A stretch of DNA of 64,000 nt from Tagaea sp. (GTDB taxonomy: Bacteria; Pseudomonadota; Alphaproteobacteria; CACIAM-22H2): assembly GCA_965279525.1 (NCBI GenBank), contig CBDIIB010000003.1, positions 576,945 to 640,944 of the forward strand, in the 5' to 3' direction. The position numbers and the translations under genes were made by a program. Positions within the stretch are counted from its first letter, which is position 1, and every line of letters begins with the position of its first letter. Shown one piece after another: positions 1 to 12,714 of this stretch. The notes beneath the pieces were generated by a model that searched no databases, was not told the DNA's origin, and saw nothing but the letters and a program-made list of their open reading frames with translations.

Positions 1-6
1 CGAACT

Positions 7-47
7 GTTCTATTTTAGTTCGCGCATACCGTCAAGGCTTATCCACA
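7..47 (-). promoter_or_regulatory. Sigma70-type promoter overlapped by an alphaproteobacterial SOS box, with an adjacent DnaA box (probable lexA promoter; gene lies outside the window)
   Basis: GTTC-N7-GTTC at 7-21; minus-strand TTGACG (35-30)-N17-TAGAAC (12-7); TTATCCACA at 39-47. lexA commonly follows moeA in alphaproteobacteria. Confidence 0.75.
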
Positions 48-54
48 ACTGCAA

Positions 55-1248
55 TTACAGGAGGATGACGTCGACCGGATCGCCGGCCTTTGCCGGCGGC
101 GCGTCTGCCGGGCGGATCGCCAATGCATCGGCGCGCGCGAGCAGCGCGATCATGGAACTGTCCTGCTTGGTAAACGGCGTGGCGCGCAGCGTGCCGTCGG
201 CGTCGCGCGCGATCGTGGCGCGCATGTACTCCTCGCGTCGGTCGTTGGCTTCGAGATCGCGGCCGAGCCGCGCGCGCACGGTGGCGGGTCCGGTCGCGCG
301 CTTGCCGAGCATCGCGGCGATCGCCGGCCCGACGAACAGCACGGCGCACACCAGGCTCGACACCGGATTGCCGGGCAGGCCGATCAGCGGCACGTCGCCG
401 AAGCGCCCGAACATCAGTGGCTTTCCCGGCCGCATGGCGATCTGCCAGAAATCGAGCTTGAGGCCGGCAGCACCCAGTGCTGCACGCACCAGGTCGTGGT
501 CGCCGACCGAGGCGCCGCCGGTCGTCACCAGCAGGTCGCAGCCGCGCGCGCCTGCGGCGATCGCCTGCAGCGCCTGTTCGTTGTCCGGTGCGATGGGCAG
601 CACGACGGGTTCGCCGCCGGCCTGCGCCACGAACGCCGCAAGGGCGGGCCCGTTCGACGAGACGATCTGCCCGGGGCCGGGCGACGTGCCGGGCAGCACG
701 ATCTCGTCGCCGGTTGAAAGAATTGCCACGCGCGGGCGGCGGCGGACCTCGAGCCAGGCGTGGTTGGTCGCGGCTGCAAGGCCGATATGACGCGCGTCGA
801 GCGTGGTCCCCGCCGCGATCGCGAGATCGCCTTCCTTGAAATCGAGACCGGCGGGCCGCACATAACGCCCGACAGGCTCGGACTGGCGCGCGACGATGCG
901 CTGGCCATCGGCATCCGCGTTTTCCTGGATCAGGATCGTGTCCGCGCCATCCGGGACGACGGCACCGGTGAAGATGCGCACGCACTGCCCGGGACCGACC
1001 GTTCCCTTGAACATGTGGCCGGCGGGTGCCGTGCCGATCATCGTCAATGTCGCGGGCGCCGTGGCGACGTCGGCGGCACGCACCGCATAGCCGTCCATCG
1101 CCGAGACCGGCAGCGGCGGCTGCGTCAGGCGGGCGCGCACGTCGGCAGAAAGGGTTCGGCCATGCGCCCGGGCGAGCGCCACGGTCTCGCCGCCCAGCGG
1201 GGCGAAGGCGGAAAGGATCCGGGTGCGGGCTTCTGCGACGGGGATCAT
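55..1248 (-). CDS. moeA: Molybdopterin molybdenumtransferase MoeA
   Basis: SAMDGYAV, RIFTGA, STGDE, TTGGASVG, GLPGNPVS motifs; start moved to MIPVAEA (ATG at 1248), just after the moaC stop. Confidence 0.95.
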   Translation of the reverse strand: MIPVAEARTRILSAFAPLGGETVALARAHGRTLSADVRARLTQPPLPVSAMDGYAVRAADVATAPATLTMIGTAPAGHMFKGTVGPGQCVRIFTGAVVPDGADTILIQENADADGQRIVARQSEPVGRYVRPAGLDFKEGDLAIAAGTTLDARHIGLAAATNHAWLEVRRRPRVAILSTGDEIVLPGTSPGPGQIVSSNGPALAAFVAQAGGEPVVLPIAPDNEQALQAIAAGARGCDLLVTTGGASVGDHDLVRAALGAAGLKLDFWQIAMRPGKPLMFGRFGDVPLIGLPGNPVSSLVCAVLFVGPAIAAMLGKRATGPATVRARLGRDLEANDRREEYMRATIARDADGTLRATPFTKQDSSMIALLARADALAIRPADAPPAKAGDPVDVILL

Positions 1249-1253
1249 CTTCG

Positions 1254-1730
1254 TCAACCCTGACTGAAGGTGCCCGACTTGCCGCCTTCCTTGTGGACGA
1301 GCCGGATGTCGCCGATGCGCATGCCGCGGTCGACCGCCTTGCACATGTCGTAGACCGTGAGGGCGGCGACGGCGACGGCCGTCAGCGCCTCCATCTCCAC
1401 GCCGGTCTGGCCCACGAGCTTGGCCGTGGCCTCGATCTCGATGGCGCCGGCGGCCGTGTCGGCGCTGAGTTCGACCTTGACCGAGGTGAGGGCGAGCGGA
1501 TGGCAGAGCGGGATCAGCTCACTCGTCTTTTTCGCGCCCATGATGCCGGCGAGCTGGGCCACGCCAAGCACGTCGCCCTTCTTGAAGCCGCGCGCCTCGA
1601 TCATGCGCAGCGTTTCGGCCGCCATCGTCACGCGGCCGCGCGCGACGGCGACGCGCCGGGTATTCGCCTTGTCCGCGACATCGACCATCACGGCGTTGCC
1701 GGCCGCGTCGAAATGGGTGAGGCCGCTCAT
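1254..1730 (-). CDS. moaC: Cyclic pyranopterin monophosphate synthase MoaC
   Basis: LTHFD...[27 protein letters not shown]. Confidence 0.97.
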   Translation of the reverse strand: MSGLTHFDAAGNAVMVDVADKANTRRVAVARGRVTMAAETLRMIEARGFKKGDVLGVAQLAGIMGAKKTSELIPLCHPLALTSVKVELSADTAAGAIEIEATAKLVGQTGVEMEALTAVAVAALTVYDMCKAVDRGMRIGDIRLVHKEGGKSGTFSQG

Positions 1731-2554
1731 GCGCGCATCCGTTCGCGCGTCAGCAGCGCGCTTGTGGCCGCGGCGACGTCGGCTTGCAGCATCAGGCTCT
1801 CGCCGACCAGGAACGCGGCGGCGCCCGCTCGCTCGAGCCGCGCCACGTCGGCCGGGCTCTTGATCCCGCTTTCGGCGACGAGCAACCGGTCGCGCGGCAC
1901 GCGCGGGGCGAGGGCTTCGAAGGTCGCGAGGTCGACGGCGAGAGTCTTGAGGTTCCGGTTGTTGACGCCGATCATCGTCTCGTTGCCGTGAGCGCCCTGT
2001 GCGGGCAGTTTCAGCGCGCGGTCGAGTTCGGGCGCGTCATGCACCTCGGCGAGCACGTCGAGACCGAGATCGAGTGCCAACTCGCACAGGTCCTGGGCCG
2101 CGCAATCGTCGAGTGCGGCGAGGATCAGCAGCACGCAGTCCGCACCCAGCGCACGTGTCTCGCGGATCTGGTAGGGCTCGAGCGCGAAATCCTTGCGCAG
2201 GACCGGCAGGCCGACGGCAGCGCGCGCGGCCTGCAGGTATTCGTCCTTGCCCTGGAAATAAGGCTCGTCGGTCAGGACCGAAAGGCATGCCGCCCCGCCG
2301 GCGCGATAGGCCGACGCGAGCGAAGCGGGATCGAAATCCGCGCGGATGAGGCCGCGCGACGGCGAGGCCTTCTTGATCTCGGCGATCAGCGCCACGTCGC
2401 CGGCGGCGCGACGGGCGCGAAGGGCGCCTGCGAAACCGCGCGGCCGCGTCGCCTTGGCAAGGCGGGCTTCGAGATCGGCGTCCGGCACGGCGGCCCTGCG
2501 CGCGGCGACCTCGCGGCGCTTGTCCTCGCAGATGCGTGCGAGCACGTCGCTCAT
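1727..2554 (-). CDS. trpC: Indole-3-glycerol phosphate synthase
   Basis: [41 protein letters not shown]; start MSDVL overlaps the trpD stop (ATGA). Confidence 0.96.
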   Translation of the reverse strand: MSDVLARICEDKRREVAARRAAVPDADLEARLAKATRPRGFAGALRARRAAGDVALIAEIKKASPSRGLIRADFDPASLASAYRAGGAACLSVLTDEPYFQGKDEYLQAARAAVGLPVLRKDFALEPYQIRETRALGADCVLLILAALDDCAAQDLCELALDLGLDVLAEVHDAPELDRALKLPAQGAHGNETMIGVNNRNLKTLAVDLATFEALAPRVPRDRLLVAESGIKSPADVARLERAGAAAFLVGESLMLQADVAAATSALLTRERMRA

Positions 2555-3585
2555 GCAGCCGACCGGTTCGAAATCTCGACCAGTGCCGCCATGGCTGCTT
2601 TCGCGGCACCGCCGTCGATCGCCTGTGCGGCCTTTGCCACGCCAGCCTTCAGGTCGCCGGCGGCCTGCGCCACGACGAGCAGGGCAGCCGCATTCATCAG
2701 CACGACATCGCGCAGCGGTCCCTTGGCACCGTCGAGGAGGGCGCGCATCGCCGTCGCGTTTTCCTGCGGCGTGCCGCCCTTGAGGTCGGCGGCGGTCGCG
2801 CGCGCGAGGCCCGCGTCCTCGGGCGCGATCTCGAACTCGCGCACCGACTTGCCGTCGAACTCGGCCACATAGGTCGGGCCGGTGGTGGTGATCTCGTCGA
2901 GCCCGTCCGAGCCGTGCACGACCCACGCGCGCCGGGAACCCAGACGCCCGAGTGTCTCGGCGAGCGGTGCGACCCATTTGCGCGCGAAGACGCCGACGAG
3001 CTGGCGCTTTACGCCGGCAGGATTGGAGAGCGGACCGAGCAGGTTGAAGATCGTGCGCGTGCCGACCTCGACGCGCACACCGGCGACGTGGCGCGTGGCG
3101 GAATGGTGGCGCGGTGCCATCATGAACCCGACGCCCGCCTTCGAGATCGCGTACTCGATCAGACGCGTATCGCAATCGATGTTGACGCCAAGTGCGGTCA
3201 GCACGTCGGCCGCCCCCGATTTCGAGGAGAAGGCGCGGTTGCCGTGCTTGGCGACCTTGAGGCCACAGCCCGCGACCACGAACGAGGTTGCGGTCGAGAT
3301 GTTGAACGAGCCCGACGCGTCGCCGCCGGTGCCCACCGCCTCGACCGCGTCGTCGGGCGCCAGGATCTTGAGGGCCTTGCTGCGCATCGTGCGGGCGGCG
3401 GCGACGATCTCGTCGACGGTCTCGCCGCGCACGCGAAGCGCCATCAGGAAGGCGCCCATCTGCGCCGGCGTGGCGTTGCCCGACATGATGATCTCGAAGG
3501 CTTCGGTCGCTTCGGCCTCGGACAGGCGATGGCCGTCGGCAACTCGGGCCAGCAGCGTCTTCAGTTGGGTCATGTCGCCGGGCAT
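2551..3585 (-). CDS. trpD: Anthranilate phosphoribosyltransferase
   Basis: [40 protein letters not shown]; GGAG upstream of the ATG. Confidence 0.96.
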   Translation of the reverse strand: MPGDMTQLKTLLARVADGHRLSEAEATEAFEIIMSGNATPAQMGAFLMALRVRGETVDEIVAAARTMRSKALKILAPDDAVEAVGTGGDASGSFNISTATSFVVAGCGLKVAKHGNRAFSSKSGAADVLTALGVNIDCDTRLIEYAISKAGVGFMMAPRHHSATRHVAGVRVEVGTRTIFNLLGPLSNPAGVKRQLVGVFARKWVAPLAETLGRLGSRRAWVVHGSDGLDEITTTGPTYVAEFDGKSVREFEIAPEDAGLARATAADLKGGTPQENATAMRALLDGAKGPLRDVVLMNAAALLVVAQAAGDLKAGVAKAAQAIDGGAAKAAMAALVEISNRSAA

Positions 3586-3652
3586 CTTGCCGTCTCCGGT
3601 CGGGATCGTTGGGGCGCGATTTGCCGGCGCTTATAGCAGCAAACGCCAGCGC

Positions 3653-6254
<2,602 letters not shown>

Positions 6255-6265
<11 letters not shown>

Positions 6266-6719
6266 CGGCACGCCGCGCCGACGCCGCCATTGAGCAGTTT
6301 TGGCCTTCGGCGCTGGCGCGGAATTCCTGGCCGCTGAAGCGCCCGTCGACGACCAGGGTCTGCGTGCCGACACGTGCGGTCGTCTTGATGCGCCCGTCCG
6401 GTTCCACGAACGCGTAGAAGCTGCCGACGGGTTGGCCGGGTTGCTCGACGCTGGTGAGTTCGCCCCGCGCCTCGCCGCGTCTCAGCGTCAACGCCAGTTC
6501 CGCCCGCAGGATGCAATAGGTGGGGCGGCCGGTTTTCTGGACCATCTCGCCGCGATAGGTGCCGTCGAGACCGGCGAGCGATACGGGCGCCGATCCGCCG
6601 AACCTGTCGCATCCGCCCAGCACGATGCATATGCCGGCGAAGGCAATGAAATGTCGGATTTTTCCGTCGGTTCTGTTGCCCACGCTGTGACCTGTCCGGA
6701 CGCTTTGGATGATGTTCAT
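6255..6719 (-). CDS. Hypothetical lipoprotein
   Basis: Hydrophobic stretch ending in a lipobox-like VLGGC; beta-rich mature part with two more Cys; stop overlaps the kinase start. Start codon uncertain. Confidence 0.6.
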
Positions 6720-6760
6720 TTTCAAGCCGCGCCGCTCCAAACGCAATGGCCGGTCCCTGC

Positions 6761-6791
6761 TTGACCTTCCAGTAAGGAAAGGGTTTAGACA
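6761..6791 (+). promoter_or_regulatory. MerR/CueR-type 19-bp-spacer promoter upstream of cueR
   Basis: TTGACC-N19-TAGACA containing ACCTTCC-N7-AAAGGGT, close to the CueR dyad ACCTTCC-N7-GGAAGGT. Confidence 0.75.
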
Positions 6792-6845
6792 GGATGCTCG
6801 ATTCCTGGCCGGAATGCACGCCGGTCCTTCGTCTGGAGCGGAAAA

Positions 6846-7244
6846 ATGAACATCGGAGAAGCCGCAACCCTTGCGGGCGTCACGACCAAGACGATCCGCT
6901 ACTATGAGAGCGTGGGGCTGATCGCCGTCGCCGATCGGCGCGCCAACAATTATCGCGACTATGGCGATCGCGAGATTGCCGAGCTTCGGTTCATCCATCG
7001 CGCGCGCTCGCTGGGCTTTTCGGTCAAGGAGGTCGGCGATCTGCTCGCCCTGTGGCGCGACCGCAGCCGTGCCAGCCAGCAGGTGCGCGCACTTGCAAGC
7101 GCACACGTGAAGGAAATCCAGCGCAAGATCGCGGAACTGGAAGCAATGAAGCGCACGCTGCAGACGCTGATCGGCAAGTGCCACAACGACGAGCGTCCGG
7201 ACTGTCCCATCCTCGAGGATTTCGCGGCAGGCGGGCCGGACTAG
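6846..7244 (+). CDS. cueR: Cu(I)-responsive MerR-family regulator
   Basis: MNIGEAA...TIRYYE HTH; metal loop CHNDERPDCPIL. Confidence 0.93.
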   Translation: MNIGEAATLAGVTTKTIRYYESVGLIAVADRRANNYRDYGDREIAELRFIHRARSLGFSVKEVGDLLALWRDRSRASQQVRALASAHVKEIQRKIAELEAMKRTLQTLIGKCHNDERPDCPILEDFAAGGPD

Positions 7245-8107
7245 TCCGTGGTGCTGTTCGCGGCGAGGAACGGTTCGAGCAGCGGCCCCCAGACACGCGA
7301 TCCGTTCCGGGCGAAGAAAAGCCCGTGTCCGTCCGTGCCGAATGCCGCGAGCATCCTCAATTCGGCGCGGCCGCCGGCCGCCACGAACGCTTCGTGCATC
7401 GCCTTCGAAATTTCCGGTGCGAAAAACGTGTCGTTGGCGGTGTAGATCCACAGCATCGGCGCGCGTGCCTTCGAGCCATAGAGGCCCGCACTCCGGACGA
7501 GCGCTGCCGGGCTGCAGTTGGTGTTGGCGCGTCCCTGCGCCCAGCCGCCGCGCCCGCCGGCGAAATTGACGAAGGCGGCGACCGTCTCGGGGTTCAAACT
7601 CGCCAACGCGATCGTTCCCCAGCCGCCGGCCGACTGGCCGACCACGATCGTGCCTTTCGGACGGACGAACGCGAGCGTCTGCAGATGGCGGACGGCGGCG
7701 TCGATGTCGGCCGCCGTCGCAAGGCCGCCGCGCGCGAAATCGGGATTGTCGCAGCGGCCGTAGTTTTCGGCCCATGCGCCCGCGTTTTCCCCATAGCCCC
7801 GGCGCAACGGGAACGCGACGACGTATCCGCGCCGCAGAAACCACGTCGCCACTTCGTGGGTGCAGGATGTCGGGGCCATTGCCGGCCGCTGCTCGGGTTT
7901 CGCCGGCGAGCCGTGATTGACGACGACAAGCGGAGCCCTTCCGGCGACATCCGGCCGGCAGACACGGATGGAGATGCGCTGGCCGTCGACTGGAACTGTG
8001 GCGGCAGATTCCACAAAGGCGGGGGCGGGTGCTTGGGCACAGGCACCTGCCGCAGCCAGACCGGAAGCGGCAAGCACGACACCGGCGAAGAGGATGCGTG
8101 GGGCCAT
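7241..8107 (-). CDS. Secreted alpha/beta hydrolase (dienelactone hydrolase-like)
   Basis: Signal peptide; VVNHGS, GQSAGG nucleophile elbow, NDTFF, DGH catalytic His; start MAPRIL. Confidence 0.8.
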   Translation of the reverse strand: MAPRILFAGVVLAASGLAAAGACAQAPAPAFVESAATVPVDGQRISIRVCRPDVAGRAPLVVVNHGSPAKPEQRPAMAPTSCTHEVATWFLRRGYVVAFPLRRGYGENAGAWAENYGRCDNPDFARGGLATAADIDAAVRHLQTLAFVRPKGTIVVGQSAGGWGTIALASLNPETVAAFVNFAGGRGGWAQGRANTNCSPAALVRSAGLYGSKARAPMLWIYTANDTFFAPEISKAMHEAFVAAGGRAELRMLAAFGTDGHGLFFARNGSRVWGPLLEPFLAANSTTD

Positions 8108-8149
8108 GCGAAACCTTGAAGAAGGGCGAATCGCAGTATACTCCCGCCC

Positions 8150-9367
8150 ATGAATTCCGTCGCTCGCAAGCCAACCCGCAGCTTCGCCCGGGATTTCGGG
8201 GTCGCGGCGCTGGTGGTCGTGCCGGTTGCCGCCGCGGCAGCCGCTGGCTGGCTCTATGTCGCAGGCGACGCGCCGCGTGGCCCGGTGCGGCCGGTCGCCG
8301 CCCTCGACTTTGAAGCGGCCCCGCCGCCGCCTAGGCAAGTGCCGCAAGTTGCAGCTTTGCCGGCAGGCGAGCCGGTGGTGCCGTATTTCGGCATCCGCCA
8401 GCCGTCCGGCGCAGCCGTGGCGAAGCTCGATGAGCCGCCGGTCCCGGCGCCTGCCCCGCCGCGCGCCGCCGTGCGCGCCTCGGATGCCGGGTGGGAGGCG
8501 AGGGCGCTGCGGCCGCCGGTCGTGCGTGCAGGCGCCTGGGTCGCGATCGTCATCGACGATCTCGGTCTCGATCGTATCCGCACCGCGCGCACCGCTTCGC
8601 TGCCCGGCCCGTTGACGCTGTCCTTCATGAGTTATGCCGGCGATGTCGGCGAGCAGGCCGCGGCCGCCAGGCAGGCCGGCCACGAAATCATGCTTCATAT
8701 GCCCATGGAGCCGGAGGGCCGCGAGGACCCGGGACCGGGCGCGCTGTTCGTACGTCTGCCCGACGCCGACATCCGCGCGCGCGTCGCGGCCTCGCTCGAC
8801 CGTCTGCCGATGGCCGTCGGCCTCAACAACCACATGGGAAGCCGGTTCACGCGTGACGCGCGCGCCATGCGCCCGGTGCTCGACGAGATCGCCGCGCGCG
8901 GCCTGCTGTTCGTCGACAGCCGCACGTCCGGTACTTCGGTCGCGGCGGACCTCGCCGCCCAGATGGGGATCGCGAGCGCCGGCAGGGACGTGTTTCTCGA
9001 CAACGAACAGGATGCGCTCTATGTGCGCCGGCAGCTTGCCGAGCTGGAGCGGACGGCAAACCGGCGCGGCAACGCGATCGCGATCGGCCATCCGCACGAG
9101 GCCACGCTCGAAGCGCTTGCGGCCTGGATCCCGACGATGAATTCGCGCGGACTGCAATTGGTGCCCGTTTCCGCGATCGTCCGCCATCAGCGCCGCGATC
9201 CGACGGCACAACCCGCCATCGCGATGGGGCGACCGCTTGACGTTCCAGTACCGTCAAGCCGCATGATCCCGGTCCAGATGTCGGTACCGGTCGCGGCACG
9301 GCCATCGTCCGACCCGGCGCCGAGCTTTACCGGAGAGCCACCATGGAAGCGGTTTCCTATCGAGTGA
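8150..9367 (+). CDS. Divergent polysaccharide deacetylase family protein (YibQ-like)
   Basis: AIVIDDLG, MLHMPMEP, GLNNHMGS, FVDSRT, RDVFLDN, AIGHP; N-terminal TM and Pro-rich linker. Confidence 0.9.
   Translation: MNSVARKPTRSFARDFGVAALVVVPVAAAAAAGWLYVAGDAPRGPVRPVAALDFEAAPPPPRQVPQVAALPAGEPVVPYFGIRQPSGAAVAKLDEPPVPAPAPPRAAVRASDAGWEARALRPPVVRAGAWVAIVIDDLGLDRIRTARTASLPGPLTLSFMSYAGDVGEQAAAARQAGHEIMLHMPMEPEGREDPGPGALFVRLPDADIRARVAASLDRLPMAVGLNNHMGSRFTRDARAMRPVLDEIAARGLLFVDSRTSGTSVAADLAAQMGIASAGRDVFLDNEQDALYVRRQLAELERTANRRGNAIAIGHPHEATLEALAAWIPTMNSRGLQLVPVSAIVRHQRRDPTAQPAIAMGRPLDVPVPSSRMIPVQMSVPVAARPSSDPAPSFTGEPPWKRFPIE
9237..9267 (+). promoter_or_regulatory. Second CueR-type 19-bp-spacer promoter upstream of copZ, inside the deacetylase ORF
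   Basis: TTGACG-N19-CATGAT; GCTTGACGTTCCAGTA matches the cueR promoter GCTTGACCTTCCAGTA at 15/16. Confidence 0.65.
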
Positions 9368-9555
9368 CGGGCATGACGTGCGCCGGCTGCGTGCGCGCAC
9401 TGACGAATGCGGTGCTTGCCGGATCTCCCGACGCATCGGTCTCGGTCGATCTGCCCAAAGGCATGTTGACGGTTGCAGGCCCGGACGACGTGGCGGTGCG
9501 CCGCGCCGTCGAAGACGCCGGCTTCGGGTTCGTCGGGCGGTTCAAGCCGAACTAG
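9343..9555 (+). CDS. copZ: Heavy-metal-associated copper chaperone
   Basis: 70 aa HMA domain with GMTCAGC and AVEDAGF; GGAG upstream. Confidence 0.88.
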   Translation: MEAVSYRVTGMTCAGCVRALTNAVLAGSPDASVSVDLPKGMLTVAGPDDVAVRRAVEDAGFGFVGRFKPN

Positions 9556-11429
9556 TTCAAGCGATCGACGACGGACCGGTTGATCGTGACGCCATATCTC
9601 TGGCGCAGTGCCTGACCGTATTCGCTCGAGAGATCGCCGGCCATGTCGCGGCGAAGCTGGGTCCGCAGCTGCTCCATTCCGGCAACGTCGGCGGCCGGAT
9701 CGGCGACGATGATTTCCTTCGTGCGGACGACGTACTGCCCGTCGATGCCGGCGGCGACGCCGAGTTCACCGGGCTTCTGCGCGAACAGCCGCGCCGCGAC
9801 CTGGCTGGGGACGTTCGCCTGGTCGCCGGTGCGGGTCACCGCAGCGACGGCCTCGATGCGCAGATTCAGACGCAGGGCGGCCGCCTCCAGCGTCTCTCCC
9901 TTGCCGACGGCTTCGACGACTTCGCGTGCGCGCGCGACGGCGCGCTCCGCCTGGCGCTCGGCTTTCCACGCGGCGGCGACATCGTCCTTCACCGCGTCGA
10001 GCGGGCGGCGCTGGGCCGGGGTCACGGATTCGACGCGCACGATGTAGAACGGCCCCGAACGCGTCTCGATCAGCTGGCTTTCCCGGCCGGCGACCGTCTC
10101 GAACGCGGCACGCACGGCTTCCGGTGCTCCGGCAAACAGGCCGACAGGATCGCCGGCCGCATCCCGGCCGCGAGCGTCGAGTGCGGGAACCTTGACGACT
10201 TCGGCGCCTGCCGCTGCCGCTGCCTCGTCGAGCGAGCGGCCGCGCGTCACCTGGTCTTCGACCTTGTTGGCGACTTCGAATGCCTTGTCGGCGGCAAGGC
10301 GCCGGCGCAGCTCGGGTTCGATCTGGTCGCGCACGTCGGCAAGCCTGGCATCCGTGCCCGCTTCGATGCGGACCACTTCGATCACGTGCCAGCCGAACGC
10401 CGTCTTGACCGGGCCGACGACCTTGCCGACATCGGTCGCGAAAACGAGTTCTGCGATCGCCGGCAGCGTCTCCTCGCGCGTCACGAGGCCGAGGCCCACG
10501 CGATCGGCCGACTGGCCGGGCGTTTCGGCGACGACGGCATCGAAGCTCTTGCCGCCCGCGATCGCGGCGGCGGCGGCCGTTGCGGCAGCCTCGTCGGCGA
10601 AAAGCATCTGCTTCAGTTCGCGCTGCTCGGGCTTGTCGAACTCGCGCTTGCGCTGCTGGAACTCGTCTTCCAGTGCCCGCTCGTCGATCTGGATCGTGGC
10701 GGCCACGTCGGTGGCGCCGACGCGCACGACCGACAGCGTGCGAAGCTCGGGTGCGGTGAAGCGTTCGGCATTCGCCTCGTAGGTCCTGGCGAGATCGGCG
10801 TCGTTCGGCGTGCCGACATCGTCGAACGAACCGTTCGCGACATGGATCCGCTCGCCCGTGCGCTTCTCGTTGCGGTGGCGGTAGATCGCCTCGACCAGCG
10901 TTTCGGGCGCACGCACGCCGGCTTCGATCGCGTCGATCATCTGCTGGCGAACGATGTCGGCGCGTACCAGTTCTATGAAGCGCTGCTCGGTGAAGCCGTT
11001 TTCGTAGAGGACGCGCTGGAAGACGAAACGGTCGAACTGGCCGCCGGCGCCGCGGAACGACGGATCGCCGGCGATGCGTTGGCGCACGACGGCATCGCTG
11101 GCGACGAGCCCGAGGCGTGCAATCTCGGAATCGAGGGCCGCCTGGCCGGCTAGGCGGTCGACGGTCTGGTCGAGCACGCCGAACTGGCGCAGCAGGTTCT
11201 CGTCGACCTCGTTGCCGAGCATGCGCTTGATGCGGTCGCGCGCCTGGCGGTATTCGACGTCGAGCTGCTGGATCGCGATCTTGCGGTCGCCGACCTGGAT
11301 GGCCGTGTCGTCGCCCGAGCGCAGGAACGCGTAGTCGCCGATCCCCCACATCGCGAAGCTCAAGATCAGCATGCCGAACAGCACCTTGAACACGGTGCCG
11401 GCGGCCTTTTCGCGGATGAACTGGAGCAT
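9552..11429 (-). CDS. ppiD: Periplasmic chaperone PpiD (SurA N-domain plus parvulin)
   Basis: N-terminal TM (ILSFAMWGIGD), FTAPELR, GPVKTAFGWHVI rotamase motif; divergent from tpiA. Confidence 0.88.
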   Translation of the reverse strand: MLQFIREKAAGTVFKVLFGMLILSFAMWGIGDYAFLRSGDDTAIQVGDRKIAIQQLDVEYRQARDRIKRMLGNEVDENLLRQFGVLDQTVDRLAGQAALDSEIARLGLVASDAVVRQRIAGDPSFRGAGGQFDRFVFQRVLYENGFTEQRFIELVRADIVRQQMIDAIEAGVRAPETLVEAIYRHRNEKRTGERIHVANGSFDDVGTPNDADLARTYEANAERFTAPELRTLSVVRVGATDVAATIQIDERALEDEFQQRKREFDKPEQRELKQMLFADEAAATAAAAAIAGGKSFDAVVAETPGQSADRVGLGLVTREETLPAIAELVFATDVGKVVGPVKTAFGWHVIEVVRIEAGTDARLADVRDQIEPELRRRLAADKAFEVANKVEDQVTRGRSLDEAAAAAGAEVVKVPALDARGRDAAGDPVGLFAGAPEAVRAAFETVAGRESQLIETRSGPFYIVRVESVTPAQRRPLDAVKDDVAAAWKAERQAERAVARAREVVEAVGKGETLEAAALRLNLRIEAVAAVTRTGDQANVPSQVAARLFAQKPGELGVAAGIDGQYVVRTKEIIVADPAADVAGMEQLRTQLRRDMAGDLSSEYGQALRQRYGVTINRSVVDRLN

Positions 11430-11562
11430 GGCTGGGTTCGTCGTTTCCGGGGCTGGAGGCGAAAGGTGGGGGAGAATAGGGCCGGGGACGGCGCCCCGCA
11501 ACCCTTGCGAAACGAGAGCTAAGGCCTTAATCGGGATGCAAGATCGCAAGGAGAATGCGCGC

Positions 11563-12324
11563 ATGGCCGGGCCAAAACCGCTGATCGCCGGAAACTGGAA
11601 GATGAACGGCCGTCTCGCCGACGCGACCAAGCTTGCCGCCGCCGTGTCCGCGTTCGTGCGCGCGCTGCCGCCATCCTCGGCCGACGTCCTCGTCTGCCCG
11701 CCTTATCCGTTCCTCGGGCCCGTGGCCCAGACGCTCGCCGGCAGCCGCGTGCGGCTGGGGGCGCAGGACTGCCACGCCGAGGCGGCCGGCGCGTTCACCG
11801 GCGACGTTTCGGCCGACATGCTCAAGGATTTCGGCTGCAGCTTCGTCATCGTCGGGCATTCCGAGCGCCGCGCGATGCATGCCGAGACAGACGCGATCGT
11901 CCAGGCCAAGGCGAACGCGGTGCTCAAGGCCGGCATGACCGCGATCCTGTGCGTGGGCGAAACACTCGCCGAGCGCGACGAGGGCCGCACGATCCCGGTC
12001 GTGGCAGCACAGCTCGTCGGCTCGCTGCCGGCGAATTCGAACGCCGACAATCTCGTCGTCGCCTATGAGCCGGTCTGGGCGATCGGCACGGGCCGCACGC
12101 CGACGGCGGCACAGGTCGGCGAGGTGCACGGCGCCATCCGCGCCGGCCTTTCCAAAAAGTTCTCGGACGGTGCCAAGATGCGCATCCTCTATGGCGGGTC
12201 GGTCAACGGGCTCAACGCGCTCGAACTGCTCGCCATCGCGAATGTCGACGGGGCACTTGTCGGCGGCGCCTCGCTGCGCGCCGACGCGTTCGAGGCGATC
12301 ACCAAGGCCGCACCGCGGCGTTAG
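11563..12324 (+). CDS. tpiA: Triosephosphate isomerase
   Basis: AGNWKMN, GHSERR, AYEPVWAIGTG, YGGSV. Confidence 0.97.
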   Translation: MAGPKPLIAGNWKMNGRLADATKLAAAVSAFVRALPPSSADVLVCPPYPFLGPVAQTLAGSRVRLGAQDCHAEAAGAFTGDVSADMLKDFGCSFVIVGHSERRAMHAETDAIVQAKANAVLKAGMTAILCVGETLAERDEGRTIPVVAAQLVGSLPANSNADNLVVAYEPVWAIGTGRTPTAAQVGEVHGAIRAGLSKKFSDGAKMRILYGGSVNGLNALELLAIANVDGALVGGASLRADAFEAITKAAPRR

Positions 12325-12334
12325 GAGAGGGAAG

Positions 12335-12712
12335 ATGGAACACGCAACGCTGGGCGGAATCCACGCGACGGTCGCCGAGTATCTCGACGGCCTCTACGAA
12401 GGCGATGCCGAAAAGCTCGCCGGCGTGTTCGATCCGGCAAGCTCGCTGACATTCCTTGTCGACGGAAAGGTCACGGTGCTGCCCTGTGCCCAGTGGCTCG
12501 CCAACGTGCGCGCGCGCCCCAAGCCGAAGGATGCAGGGCTGGAGCGCAAGGACCGCATCCTGTCGGTCGATCTCGCGGGGCCGGACATGGCGTTCGTCAA
12601 GCTCGCCTGCCAGATCCCGCCGCGCTTTTTCACCGACTATCTTTGCCTGCTGCGCGTCGACGGGCGCTGGCGGGTGGCGCAGAAGCTCTACACCACCCAG
12701 CCGCGGCCGTAG
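12335..12712 (+). CDS. NTF2-like (putative lumazine-binding family) protein
   Basis: YLDGLYEGD...FTDYLCLLRVDGRWRVAQK pattern; AGGAG upstream. Confidence 0.75.
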   Translation: MEHATLGGIHATVAEYLDGLYEGDAEKLAGVFDPASSLTFLVDGKVTVLPCAQWLANVRARPKPKDAGLERKDRILSVDLAGPDMAFVKLACQIPPRFFTDYLCLLRVDGRWRVAQKLYTTQPRP

Positions 12713-12714
12713 AT

